A stretch of DNA of 64,000 bases from Octopus sinensis. Taxonomy: Eukaryota. The DNA is taken from positions 324,484 through 388,483 of the forward strand of contig NW_021836126.1 in NCBI RefSeq assembly GCF_006345805.1, given 5' to 3'. How positions within the stretch are numbered: the first letter of the stretch is position 1; every line of letters starts with the position of its first letter. Shown in pieces: positions 1-11,705 of the stretch. A program made the translations under genes and the position numbers. The notes under the pieces are model-generated. The model was not told the origin of the DNA. It worked only from the letters and a program-made list of their open reading frames with translations, and did not search any database.

Positions 1-65
1 ATTGTTAATATTCTCGCTGTCGTTTTCATCAAGGATATTCTTAATACGTGAGATTTTTGCCTGAA

Positions 66-1056
66 GGTTTTAATGGACCTCATCATGAATGTCGAGGACA
101 TTCGCGTTGTTCATTTTAATCAAAATGCAGAAAATAATTTTTTGATTTTTTGGGGGGAAGGTTTTAAGGACTTCATCATGTAAGTCGAGGACATTGTAGT
201 TGTTCATTTTAACCAAAATGCAGAAAATTTTTTTTTAATTTTTTTTGGGGGGGAAGGTTTTAAGGACTTCATCATGTAAGTCGAGGACATTGTAGTTGTT
301 CATTTTAACCAAAATGCAGAAAATTTTTTTTTAATTTTTTTTGGGGGGAAGGTTTTAAGGACTTCATCATGTAAGTCGAGGACATTGTAGTTGTTCATTT
401 TAACCAAAATGCAGAAAATTTTTTTTTAATTTTTTTGGGGGGGAAGGTTTTAAGGACTTCATCATGTAAGTCGAGGACATTGTAGTTGTTCATTTTAACC
501 AAAATGCAGAAAATTTTTTTTTAATTTTTTTTGGGGGGAAGGTTTTAAGGACTTCATCATGTAAGTCGAGGACATCGTAGTTGTTCATTTTAACCAAAAT
601 GCAGAAAATTTTTTTTTAATTTTTTTGGGGGGGAAGGTTTTAAGGACTTCATCATGTAAGTCGAGGACATTGTAGTTGTTCATTTTAACCAAAATGCAGA
701 AAATTTTTTTTTAATTTTTTTTGGGGGGAAGGTTTTAAGGACTTCATCATGTAAGTCGAGGACATCGTAGTTGTTCATTTTAACCAAAATGCAGAAAATT
801 TTTTTTAATTTTTTTGGGGGGGAAGGTTTTAAGGACTTCATCATGTAAGTCGAGGACATCGTAGTTGTTCATTTTAACCAAAATGCAGAAAATTTTTTTT
901 TAATTTTTTTGGGGGGGAAGGTTTTAAGGACCTCATCATGTAAGTCGAGGACATCGTAGTTGTTCATTTTAACCAAAATGCAGAAAATTTTTTTTTTAAT
1001 TTTTTTTTGGGGGGGAAGGTTTTAAGGACCTCATCATGTAAGTCGAGGACATCGTA
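66..1056. repeat. Tandem array of a ~95-bp unit, 11 unit starts
   Basis: Unit GGTTTTAAGGACTTCATCATGTAAGTCGAGGAC... starts at about 66, 160, 256, 351, 446, 541, 636, 731, 825, 920, 1018. Confidence 0.97.
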
Positions 1057-1080
1057 TTGCCAATTTGAAGTTGGTGTGCA

Positions 1081-1130
1081 CACACAGACAGACAGACACA
1101 CAGACAGACAGACACACAGACAGACACACA
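1081..1130. repeat. (CAGA/CA)n microsatellite
   Basis: cacacagacagacagacacacagacagacagacacacagacagacacaca. Confidence 0.9.
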
Positions 1131-1155
1131 CCATACCATTTTATTATTTATTAAA

Positions 1156-2980
1156 TTTTTTTTTTATATGTAATTAACAAATAGTTATTAACTAACTAAA
1201 TTCCCGGCATCGTAAATGGAAACACAGTTTCCACGTACTATGGCCAAGGAAATCCTTTCGAAAAGCCACTTGGACTCGCGTGGGTCTCCCCGTTTATGGG
1301 AGATCATGCGGCCAAGCTTTTTTAGAAAGGAAAGAGACTTTTCGCCGATGACGCCGGAAGTCTCGACGGCGATGGGAGTGAACAGATACCGTTCAGAGAG
1401 CTCCTTGTACTTTCCAATCTTCATCTTCTCGGTTTTGCGAGAGACTGAGCCAGGCTCGACAGCTGAAGAAGGAAGGTTGAGCTCCGAGAAAGTGTCTGAA
1501 CACGTCGCATCCCATAACAGAGACTTGCCGAACTCAAACGGGAAAGTCGATAGGCCGTCGGGTCTTTTTCCGTCTCCCCTCGCAAGTCCGACGGGTTCGA
1601 GGATTGATGGGATCCCAGCGGCCGTGAGCCCCCTCTGAATAACGTCGTTAAGTGCTGCATGGCGTGGTGCGCGCCCTGCGAAAAACATTAATCTGCGGAA
1701 AACATTACCCACGGCGATCGGCCTGACCCCGTTATCTTTTTTGCCCAAAGCAGTGAGATTAGCCGAGAAGAAAATCGCCCGGGCAAAATCCGGTAAATTC
1801 CCACCGATAAGACGGTTACAGAGATTGGTGATAGATTCCAAGAGGAGACGCCCTGCCTCAGCAGTAAGAGGTGAAGTCAAGTCTTTAATGTGTCCGGGCT
1901 TCAGCCCATCTATACCCCCACTGCTGCTTGGGGAAAAACTTTTCAGTGCCTTCTCAACCTGTGAAGCGGTAACCAGCAGTTGCGGAAGGGCGGTCGTATC
2001 GACAGCGGGTTGGGTGCGGGAGTTTACTGGAGGACTGGGGTGCTTGGATCTCAAATTAGACAATGCGGAGGGAGATGGGGACAAAAGCCGGTTAGAGGAG
2101 GCAACAAGTCTGACAGCTCCGCGGACGTCGCCGTCCAACAGCTTGCTGTTCACCTTACGACGGAGGTAAATGCAATCGGAGGAAGTTTTAGTGTTAACCA
2201 CAGAAGGGGCGACACATTTGTGAGAGTCAGAGTGGAGGGAATCGAACTGGGAGGGAAACAGAGAAGTACAATGATCGAATAGGGCGAGTTGCTGTTTAAT
2301 AATCGATGCGGGAGAAAGTTTTTTAGACTCGCTGTCGGGCCGGGAGGGTTGGATCCCAATACCGAAAACAGCAAAACCAAAAAGGAGTAACCAGTCAGAC
2401 TGGTCATTAGATGACAAAGCGCGGTTTATAGCTGTGGACAAAGAGAGAGCAGCTTGAATCCTCGCTGCCTTCGGTATCCGTGCCGGAATTTTGCGGTTAC
2501 AGCGAGAAGAATAGATGAATCTTAAAGCATCTTCGGCTGACGGAGATAAACTTTCAGCAGGGATTTCCGGCGGACTGTTGGCCGGGACCGGCCTGCAAGA
2601 ACGACAAACAGGGCAGTTCCAGGTTATGAGAGAAGCTGAAACGCGCCTGGAAAGTCGAACACACGAAAGGTGGAAGAAACTGTTGCAGCCAGAACAGTAT
2701 CTACCTTTCTTCCGATCGTTGCTAGTTTTGCACGAAGAGCAAATAGCCATCGTAGGAAAGAAATAGAAAAGAAAGATGGAAATGTATAAAAAAGAAATAG
2801 AAAAGAAAGAAGAAAGAAGGACAGAAAGAAATGAAATAAAGAAATGGAAGAGATAGAAGGACAAATAAAATGAAAGAAAAAGAAATGATAGATGGAGAGA
2901 TAAAATGAAAGAAAAAGATAAGATAGGTTGACAAATATACTGAAAAAGTGCACCACAACAACAACGTGCAACGTGCAAAA
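1156..2980 (-). mobile_element. CRE-like RLE non-LTR retrotransposon, internally deleted so that the RT core is missing
   Basis: 5' leader GCACGTTGTTGTTG, pyrimidine-rich UTR, PHD finger, RT N-terminus, RLE (RPDG...WDATC...PIAVETSG), A10 tail at 1156-1165. Confidence 0.9.
1188..2750 (-). CDS. 520-aa PHD finger + partial RT + RLE endonuclease ORF
   Basis: Uninterrupted ORF from MAICSSC (ATG at 2750). C4HC3 PHD. RPIAVGNVFRRL joins directly to RHAALND. Confidence 0.85.
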   Translation of the reverse strand: MAICSSCKTSNDRKKGRYCSGCNSFFHLSCVRLSRRVSASLITWNCPVCRSCRPVPANSPPEIPAESLSPSAEDALRFIYSSRCNRKIPARIPKAARIQAALSLSTAINRALSSNDQSDWLLLFGFAVFGIGIQPSRPDSESKKLSPASIIKQQLALFDHCTSLFPSQFDSLHSDSHKCVAPSVVNTKTSSDCIYLRRKVNSKLLDGDVRGAVRLVASSNRLLSPSPSALSNLRSKHPSPPVNSRTQPAVDTTALPQLLVTASQVEKALKSFSPSSSGGIDGLKPGHIKDLTSPLTAEAGRLLLESITNLCNRLIGGNLPDFARAIFFSANLTALGKKDNGVRPIAVGNVFRRLMFFAGRAPRHAALNDVIQRGLTAAGIPSILEPVGLARGDGKRPDGLSTFPFEFGKSLLWDATCSDTFSELNLPSSAVEPGSVSRKTEKMKIGKYKELSERYLFTPIAVETSGVIGEKSLSFLKKLGRMISHKRGDPRESKWLFERISLAIVRGNCVSIYDAGNLVS

Positions 2981-3779
2981 TATTAAGATTAAAAATACTT
3001 ATAGGGTATTTTATTATTAAGATTAAAAATACTTATAGGGTAGCGTACGACTCATTGTGAGTGACTGAAAGGGACATTTGGTGCCATTGTACTGTAAGGT
3101 TAAAATAATATTTTTACAGAGATTCTAAACTGAGTAGATCTCTAAATGCGTTTATTGTCACGAAACTCACGTTTCCGCAGTAAAGCAGACGTGGAATATT
3201 TCAAAATATTTAAATGTACATATTGGGTAATTCAACTCATCAAACGAGTTTTCTCCGCAACGCGTTTTCATCACAGAAACTAGTATTAATGTTTATTACA
3301 ATTCTATTAATTCGGCTAAATTCCAGAATACCGCTCCATTGGAAAAGTCGACGATTAATTTTAGATCTACATTTTCTCCTCTCAATTTATTCACTCAAAT
3401 TGCTAATTTAACACAAGCAATTCTCAAAAAACTTTTTTGAGACACAAAGATACAAAAAGTAAAAAACGCTGATGAATTACAATTAAACGTCATATTTACT
3501 GACAGACGATAAAAATGTTTGGTGTGTTCGGCTGTTCACTAAAACCTTTCTAAACCCATTAGTAGATGTCAGTGACAGGGAATGCAGGTTAGTTGGTGTA
3601 AATGACATTTCTGTCAATATTGGTTTTTATTCACAAAGATGACTGCTCGTAACCCACTATATTATTGTAGAAAGGCCCATGAATTTAATTTCCTTATTAA
3701 GTGGACAACTTATCATGTTTGTGTGGTCAGAAAGCGTAGACTGATAAACAATACTCTCTATTGTACTTATTATGTGCAA

Positions 3780-4670
3780 TACCACTCAGAATGCGCTCTC
3801 TCTCCATTTGTGACTTGTCCCCGTGAATAGAGGCCGACCTGTAGCCGAGGTGATTAATATTCCACGACACTTCATCCGATTTCCTTTTGGTCTCACAGAA
3901 CACGAGTGTCTTGTTTTGCTTCTCTTCCATTATACTCCTGAGAATAGACTGGAACCTGACAAATGAACAACTCGACTGACCGTTCGTCACGATTATAGTC
4001 GTTCACCACTTCCACAACCTGCGTAATATTGTGGTTGGAACAAATGTCGGGGTTTCCGATCGTGATGTGGTGGTACCGACTTTGGTACCGACAAGTCGAT
4101 GCACTGCTTTCGGCAACGTCGTAGAAAACATCAACAAACGACGATCAGGCTAAACAATCAATCAACCACACAACCCGAATAATAATTCGGATTTAAGGTT
4201 CGAAACCGAGGTCTAACATTCGGTCAGCCTCTTCCATGATGAGTAGAAAACACCTTTTCGACAAATCCACAATATCCTGTTCAAGAAAGTCAATCAGAGG
4301 CCCAGGAGTGGCCATAATTATTTGTGCCCCTAACTCAGTCCATAAACCCTCACGGACTTCCCTGATCTGCCTCCTTCTTTCTGCCCCTCCATACACACAG
4401 ACCACCTTGTAGCCCATCATCAAATCATTGGAGACAGCCTGCACTTGCTGAGCCAATTCCCTGGTCGGCACCAACACCAGAACCTTGAAATACTACACAA
4501 CGATTGGACCGTCGCCTCTCCGGACAGGGGACATGCTAGCAATATGATCCATGGCGGGAATCAAAAACTAAAGAAAGTCACCGAGGGAATGAAACAGCCA
4601 ATGTCTTCCCCGACCCAGTCTGTGCTATCCCAACCATATTGTTTTTTATTAGCATTAGAGTTGGGCCCCA
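3780..4670 (-). pseudogene. DDX5: DDX5/Dbp2-like DEAD-box helicase pseudogene fragment retaining introns
   Basis: MVGIAQTGSGKTLA, LVPTRELAQQ, EEADRMLDLGFEP*, IHGDKSQMERE. Introns of 18-28 nt, an in-frame TAA and a 10-bp duplication frameshift at 4071-4092. Confidence 0.9.
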
Positions 4671-5744
4671 CTCTTCTCATCGTGGAAATCTTGACGCATT
4701 TGACTCTTTTATTGTACTGTTCTCTGCGATGACAACGACCAATCTTTCGACGTCTCTTCTCTGTCTTGGGAATCTAGAAATGAACAATTGCTGTCCACTT
4801 TGGGAGTCCGATTCCGCACTTTGCCGACGTGCATGAGCGATCCGTGCTGACGACCTGTCATCTACACAACATTCAGACCTCCATGACACTTTATTCTCTT
4901 TTGATTTGAAATAAATTTAAATTCAATCAAAAAAAAAGTCTTTAAATCGAAAAATGTTTGTTGAGAAATGAGGTTTTGCTGTTTTAAAAAAAATTTCAAA
5001 TTAGACGGAAAAACAAAAAAAGTGTTCCTTGATAAAATCACAAGCCGAATCACAAAGCTTTGCTATGGCCTAAACGAGCGAATTTATTTTTCAATATGCT
5101 CAGGTAACGCTCAAAGTGGTCAATGGCCTCTACTCCGGTGTAAAAATCAAAGAACTTAACAATCTGGCTGCAGATTTTCAGTCACAATATTATCTAGAAA
5201 TGTTTTAGATCCGGCGGATCAGTTTTACCGTTATATCCACAAGGAGACATCGAGACCATACCCCCTTGTGTATAAAAATCTATATAATATAGTCCAAATC
5301 CATAAACAAGTTTATGATTGATTTCATTAAAATAGACTATTAACGACGCAATCAAAAAATTTTTGAACTTCAATATCATGTGGTGTTTTATAAGATTATT
5401 CACCAATGACTATTAAATTTAGTCTGTCGGAAAAACATTTTCGTTAGAGAACATTCGAAATCCGAATTATAGAAATTACATATACCGTGAATCCATTTAG
5501 TTTTTTTACATAAAAGTGATTTTCCATTTTCAATTCTAATAACGAAGGGTGAAATTCGATTTTCAAAAAATATGATCATTGTTTGGAAGCTTAGTCGAAA
5601 AAAAATGATTTGGTGATGAAAATAGGTTATTATACTTTTCAAAAAACATCAAAATACTTTAAATTCTTCGAACTATTTTTATGTTTTTGGAATTATGTGC
5701 ACAAAAATCTTTATAAACAAATTTTCTTAGCGCCCCAGTAGAAA

Positions 5745-6215
5745 ATGTCATCAGAAAATGGTGAAACGTCGGAATCCAAATCAGATGAATCTTTTCGACA
5801 ACAAAGGTATTTTTTAATCAAAAATAGCGAATTGTCTTCGAGTACCTCCAATTCTTACGACTCTTTTGACGGATATGAAGTCAAATCTCAAGAATCTCCC
5901 ACTGAGGAAAGGGAAAATAGTAAATCACCGATGAGCTCTGATTCCTCAAACGTTGAACAAGAGAATTCCGGAATCTGTTGTTCTTGTAATCGTATTTACA
6001 ACGAGAAACAACGACAGCCACTAATCTTACCCAAATGTAGACATACAATATGCAGAAGATGCATTGTCAAACAACTTAGTGTTACAGGGTGGACAATTAA
6101 ATGCTCCTTTTGTGAGAAAAAAACAGAACTTCCCCTCCAGAATCGTTTATCGGTTCTCAGATTAAATAAATTGGCTCTTCAACTTTCTATTATTAAGAAA
6201 AACACCGACTTTTAA
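5745..6215 (+). CDS. Small RING-HC finger protein with a Ser/Glu-rich N-terminus
   Basis: CxxC...CRHTICRRC...CxxC motif. Possible in-frame 21-nt intron gtattttttaatcaaaaatag. Confidence 0.8.
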   Translation: MSSENGETSESKSDESFRQQRYFLIKNSELSSSTSNSYDSFDGYEVKSQESPTEERENSKSPMSSDSSNVEQENSGICCSCNRIYNEKQRQPLILPKCRHTICRRCIVKQLSVTGWTIKCSFCEKKTELPLQNRLSVLRLNKLALQLSIIKKNTDF

Positions 6216-6914
6216 ATCTAACTTTAATCAATGTCTAACAAAAATTAATAATTTATTATATCGCTATTTTTCATTGGCTATCATGTGACCAACGATCGGT
6301 TAATCTGAGGGCCCTTTGTTGGGCCTCCTCGATTCGCCTCCTGTTGGACCACGATAGCCGCGGACCCCATGATCCGCAAGCGTAGGCAATACAAGGTTCG
6401 AAGAATACATTGATTCAATACATTTTTCTCATTAAAATGTTTAAAAAACACAATTTCCTCAAATCCATATTTCCTCTTATGAATGTAAATTCCATTTCCA
6501 GCCGATACAGGGATGCTCTTGGGTGTCCCAATGTAATATGGAGTCCTGGTCTTGAGCGTCCTGAACAGATAAATATACAACGCGAAAGTTAAAATTATTC
6601 TCATTCTTGTTTGTTTCCTCGTCTTGATAAATTTAGGCCATTATTATGTTACTATTCTTCTATTTTTGCAATATGAGATTTTACTTTTTTCTAACATACT
6701 ATTGCTTATTTATTCCTGAGTCAAGTATCATAATATCGTCAGCATAAATAATCATTTTGGTGTTTTTACTCTCAATTTTTGGCATCTCTCCAATTGTAAA
6801 AAACCCCAAAAAATTATAGAAATAACTTAAGTTGTAAGCATGTCATTATTTCCATAACTTGACGCATCGTATCTGTAAATATCATTTAGAAATGTATCTA
6901 CTTAAAAAATCATC

Positions 6915-7030
6915 ATTTTTTAAAAATGTCACTCACGGAAAGAATGCCTCCATTTTGTTTGCAATGCGTTTTTGTTTGAAAATATTTTTTTTCCGCTGTT
7001 ACATATGTATAACATGCATAATTAAAACAT
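6915..7030 (-). pseudogene. Possible C-type lectin exon
   Basis: CFNYACYTYVTAEKKYFQTKTHCKQNGGIL flanked by AG and GT. Confidence 0.35.
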
Positions 7031-7309
7031 TCTATTAATTTTATAATGTATTTATAATAATACTGGGAACTGACATTCGGTCGAGTGACCAAAGTAATAA
7101 TACAGCAGTTAAAAGGATTCCACAATAATTGTTAAGGCATCTAAATAACAAGTATTTAGGAATAAAGAATTTTATGGAAATTAAAAAACTGATTCGACGA
7201 TGAACAATCTAATTCAAATATATTCTTTTGTCAGATATACAAAGTTTAGGAAATTGATATAATTTTAAACTTTCGGGTCTTTTTGAGCTCTTTTTGTCTT
7301 TTCTGCAGG

Positions 7310-7490
7310 TTTTTAGCTGCTATAGATTTCAAGAAATGTGTCTTGAGTCTGTTTATATCGTATCGTCGACAAAAATACATATGAATCTATCAACGTACTC
7401 CGTTATGTCTTCGCACGTAATCACTATTGACCATTCGATCACAGTTTGTATTCAAATCGTTTACGTTTTTTGCTCGACTGTTTGTAAAAT
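7310..7490 (-). mobile_element. R4-like retrotransposon relic
   Basis: CDRMVNSDYVRRHN...IHMYFCRRY resembles CGSMLYHDYTWRHN of the intact element. Confidence 0.6.
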
Positions 7491-7861
7491 AAAATAGCAA
7501 ATAGTCTACGATTTTTGATTAAATTGTCTTAATTACAATATAAATAATTGTTCAGCCTATTTCATTCTATTAAAGAGTATAATAACTTTAAACGGAATGA
7601 AAGTAAAATACATTTTATAATTTTTAAATATTATGAAAGTAATGAAAAAAAAATATCAAGCTTGAATTATAAGCTTGACTGAAATTAAATCAAAGAAGGG
7701 TATTTAAAAAACGGTTTATTTTTTCAAAAATAAATTTTGTTTGTATTAATGAATATTTAAATATATTTATATGAGATTTTCATTTTTTTATAACGTGAGA
7801 TGTAATCGGTTTTTTGTTGAGTGGGATAAAGGTTTTTATATAAAAAAAGGTATATTAATAG

Positions 7862-9148
7862 ATGCCTAAATCAAAAAAATCTAATGAATTCAAACTCTCT
7901 AAAATATTAAATAAATATCCGTACGAATTTACGAGAAGTACTAATGGGGGACTTAATTGCAAGTTCTGTTGTGTTCCGCAAATTGGTGTATGATAAATAT
8001 CTTCTAAATTTTGAACGAATAAAAAATCTTATTTTAAATTTGAAAATATTTTTGATTGTTGATGAAACCCAAATTTCAAATAATAAATTTGTGAATGTTT
8101 TGGGGAGACTATTTGTAATCCATCGAAAATTTATCTATTAAATTGCATTTCTGTTGAAATATGTAATGCTTCAGTTATTTTCCAGATAATCGATGAAACT
8201 TTAAAGGATTTTAACGTCAAACGATTTAATTTTGTTTTATGGTTATCGACGCTGCATCATACATGATATCTGCTCCAGAAACATTGTCAATTATGTATAA
8301 CAATGTTATACACATCACTTGTTTTGCTCATCTTTTACATAATTGTGCCTTAAAAATTAGTACACACTATGGGGATATTAATAATCTGATTGCCACGATG
8401 AAAATTGCATTGCTCAAAAAAAATCTTGAAGAGATCTTTTTGACAATATAGAATTACCACCTGAAGTAATAATTACAAGATGGGGAACTTGGCTTAGTGC
8501 AGCCTTTTACTACTCGAAAAACATGCATACAGTTCGCACTATAGTTTCTGGTCCTGAATTTAACAAAAAAGGGAAAATCTTAGATAAAGTAAAAACTGCT
8601 TTAGATTTAATTAATTTGGAAAGAAACCTTGCATTGATAAAATCGTGTTATAGTGACATATTAGATGGATTACATCAATGCCAAGAAACTTTTTTTACCA
8701 TTGAGGATGCCGTTAAATTTATTAATGTGATAAATTTTGGGGATGATCTATGGGGAATATCTAAATATTTCCGTAAAAGAATAGATAAAAATCGATTAAA
8801 AGAAATTTATACTGCTAAGATTGATAATTGTTCACCAGAAATTTGTTCGATATTATGGAAATGTCCAGCAACAACTATTTCCATTGAAAGAAGTTTTTCT
8901 ATGCTTCAAAAGATGTTGGAGAAGGATAGAAACTTTAAAAATGATAACATTAAATATTACTTTTCGTTATATTGCAATAAATTTGAGTGATTAGTTCGAA
9001 ATATAAGTCTTATTAAAACTTTATTAATACATAAAATAAAAATTTATTAGGTCATATTATGGGCATATATTTTTTCGTTTAAGGTCATATAAGTCATATT
9101 TTATCGGTCATATTTGAAATTTTTTAGGTCATATTTGCGGTTGCCCTA
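7862..9148 (+). mobile_element. Degenerate hAT-like (DUF659/CGGBP-type) transposon
   Basis: LIVDETQI, HITCFAHLLHNCA, TRWGTWL, ISIERSFS. GGTCATAT subterminal repeats and end GGTTGCCCTA. Confidence 0.8.
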
Positions 9149-9398
9149 CTCATAATATGTATAAAATTAATGACAAATTACAATTCATAAAAAATATATC
9201 TAATGTACAAAACAAAAGTTTTGAACAATTAAAATATATTTTGTTTAATAAAACTTAGGAAATTGAAAAAATTTACTTCAGTCATAAAATTTTGATATTT
9301 TCAAAATAAAGTGATACTATTAATAAAAATGTTAGATTGAAACAAAATCTTCTCACGCGTTGAATATTATAAATAGCAAAAAATGAAGAAAAGCAGAA

Positions 9399-9635
9399 AT
9401 GGAGCAAAGAATTCCAACCCCGGAAAATAATGAGAACAACGACAATTTTGAGAATGACTTAGTTGAAATTATCGACATCATATCTACACTTGAAGAGTTA
9501 AACCAATGGCTAAACGAAGAGGAGCTGACAATGGATGATATAAATGTGATCTACATAATTGAACAGTTTATACAATTTTTGTCGGAGCGATGTGATGTTA
9601 TTAGAAATCGATTCAGAAACGGAAACAATAATTAG
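9399..9635 (+). CDS. 78-aa acidic orphan protein, paralog A
   Basis: Open ORF, TATAAATA at 9368-9375, homologous to 11481-11705. Confidence 0.7.
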   Translation: MEQRIPTPENNENNDNFENDLVEIIDIISTLEELNQWLNEEELTMDDINVIYIIEQFIQFLSERCDVIRNRFRNGNNN

Positions 9636-9699
9636 CTATCATTTATTTCTTTTATTTTTTTCTTATTAAAATAAATTTCAATTTCCTACATTCGGTCAT

Positions 9700-10020
9700 G
9701 ATAAACGTATGGATGATCAAGCAGTAAACTGAAAGGACATTCGGATGTGTCTATAATGTCGACCCAAAATTCCAAAATCAAAGTTGACACTTAAAACAAG
9801 AATCCATTTCTATAAACCTCAATATTTTTGTTTACGACAAGACAGAAGAATGAAATAATTTTAATCGAAGTTCGCATTTTTTCCACAAGAACTGTTATAA
9901 CAAGTTTTGGTTTGGAAATAACACAAATACTATCTTCTTGCAAATGAGAAGTAAAGATTATTCCAATAGTCCTAAAATGGAATAAAGCTGTCTCAAAGTT
10001 CTAAGATATTTTCATACTAG
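9700..10020 (+). mobile_element. R4-like RLE relic
   Basis: KPNIFVYDK..IILIEV, KYYLLANE, VKIIPIVLKW across frames. Confidence 0.6.
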
Positions 10021-10399
10021 AGTTATAGCAGTGAAAAATGTAATTTAGTTAGAATTAAGTTTTCGTTAATGAGTTTGTGATCACTTAATTATCAAATCAA
10101 AAAAAATATTTGGTATTTTTGTTAGTTGACCAATTTTCTAGCAGATAAAGAAATCAATGATATACAGAAACACAATAATTTTGATTTTTTCACAATTAAA
10201 GATAGAATAAAGAAATTGAGAAAAAATTTCTTTTGTAAATTGCAAGAAATCTAAAATATTTAGAATGTAATAAAATTCGTAATTAGTTAAGAAAAATTTC
10301 TGATATGGGATTTGCGGTCAAATGGACTTAATTTTATTATCAAAATATGCGATATTTGTGTAACATTCTATAAAAAATGGTTTGTAGAAAAACACAAAT

Positions 10400-11445
10400 T
10401 GATGCAAAAACATAAATCGCATATGAACAAGCCTAAAAAGAGCATTCAAAGGTTTTTTCCCACTACTGTTGTTACTAATGATTTTTTGCTCAATCTAACT
10501 AAATCATTTGTTTCAGCAAATATTCCATTATATAAATTACGGAATCCTGCCTTAATAAATTTTTTTAATACTATTGGATTCGAGTTACCTTCAGAATCAA
10601 AATGTCGAAACAATGTCAAAATTTTGGCAGAAAGACGTGTTAGTGAGATTATCCAATTGTTAATTAATGAAAGGATTTTCTTAATTGTTGATGAGTCTGA
10701 TGCCGGTAAAGATAAATTTGTCAATATTCTTATTGATACACAATTGTGGTTTAAGGATAAAACTAAGTTACCTTACAGTGGATAACTTAATTGCCTTCAT
10801 TAAAGGACTTGTTCTCAAAAACAGTAGTCGAAGGCAACTATTTTCTGAAATAGGACTACCTCTAGAACCTATTGTTACTAGATGGGGAAGCTGGCTTTGA
10901 GCAACCAAGTACTAGGTGGAACATTTTCTCAGAGTGTTGGAAATATGCAATTCGTTAAAAGGAGAATCCCTATTGATTCGGAGGGCAAAAGAATCAATAA
11001 ACCATGAAGGACTTGTTAATGATTTAAAAGAAATATGGAATCACTATTCTCCACTTGCAGATGTTTTTCCTGAAATTGAGTCCACAAACTTTTTAATCGA
11101 GAAGGCTATTAATTTTTTGAAAATACTCGATCTGAAAGAAGATACCTGCAAAATAAAAGAATATATTGATAAAAGAATGAATAAGAATGAAATTATGAAA
11201 ATTGTTACGGAGAAGAATATTTTTCGCCTATGGAAAAGTTGCGACTACTCCAATGTCAGGCAACTACATGTTCTGTGGAGCGTTCATTTTCAATTCTCCA
11301 TAAAATTTAGGCAAAAGATCGGAATTTTAAACCGGAGAACCTTAAATTTTATATGATTCTTTATAACTCCTGATTTAAAAAAAAATTCTTGGCTCTTTAT
11401 AGGTCAACTTTTTGATATTTTTGGGTCAACTTTGTGATTACCCTA
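10400..11445 (+). mobile_element. Second degenerate hAT-like (DUF659-type) transposon
   Basis: VSANIPLYKL, LIVDESD, PIVTRWGSWL. GGTCAAC repeats and end GATTACCCTA. Confidence 0.8.
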
Positions 11446-11480
11446 TTTATTATAAATAGGAAAAAATTAAAAAAACAGAA

Positions 11481-11705
11481 ATGGTGAAAAGAATTCCCAC
11501 CCCGAACAATAATGAGAATAATGACTATCTTGAAAATGAATTAAATGAAATTTGCTACATAATTGAAGAATTAGACCAATTTTTAGACGAATATATTTTG
11601 AACGAAGAGAATCTGACACCGAATGATCTAAATGTGATCAACATGGTCGTTCAGTTTATAGAATTTTTGTCGGAGAAAATTGATAATATTGGAAATCGAA
11701 TTTAA
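11481..11705 (+). CDS. 74-aa acidic orphan protein, paralog B
   Basis: Open ORF, TATAAATA at 11451-11458, RIPTP.NNENND shared with paralog A. Confidence 0.7.
   Translation: MVKRIPTPNNNENNDYLENELNEICYIIEELDQFLDEYILNEENLTPNDLNVINMVVQFIEFLSEKIDNIGNRI

Larger units (their letters stand above)
1..1148 (+). mobile_element. Helentron/HINE-like non-autonomous element, 5' part outside the window, with an expanded minisatellite
   Basis: Shares TGTTAATAyTCTCGCTGTCGTTTT, the 95-bp unit, CAATTTGAAGTTG, a (CAGA)n tract and an ATTATT end with the copy at 51.8-52.3 kb. Confidence 0.6.

Noticed and set aside
66-1056. CRISPR-like array
   Set aside because: No unique spacers, no cas genes, eukaryotic context. 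The same applies to the 21-, 51- and 169-bp repeats.
2751-2978. 76-aa hydrophobic N-terminus of the 596-aa ORF
   Set aside because: It is the translated pyrimidine-rich 5' UTR. The other two 5' copies have a similar UTR before the PHD.
6290-6380. Collagen-like GVRGYRGPTG
   Set aside because: Only about four triplets, so chance is plausible.
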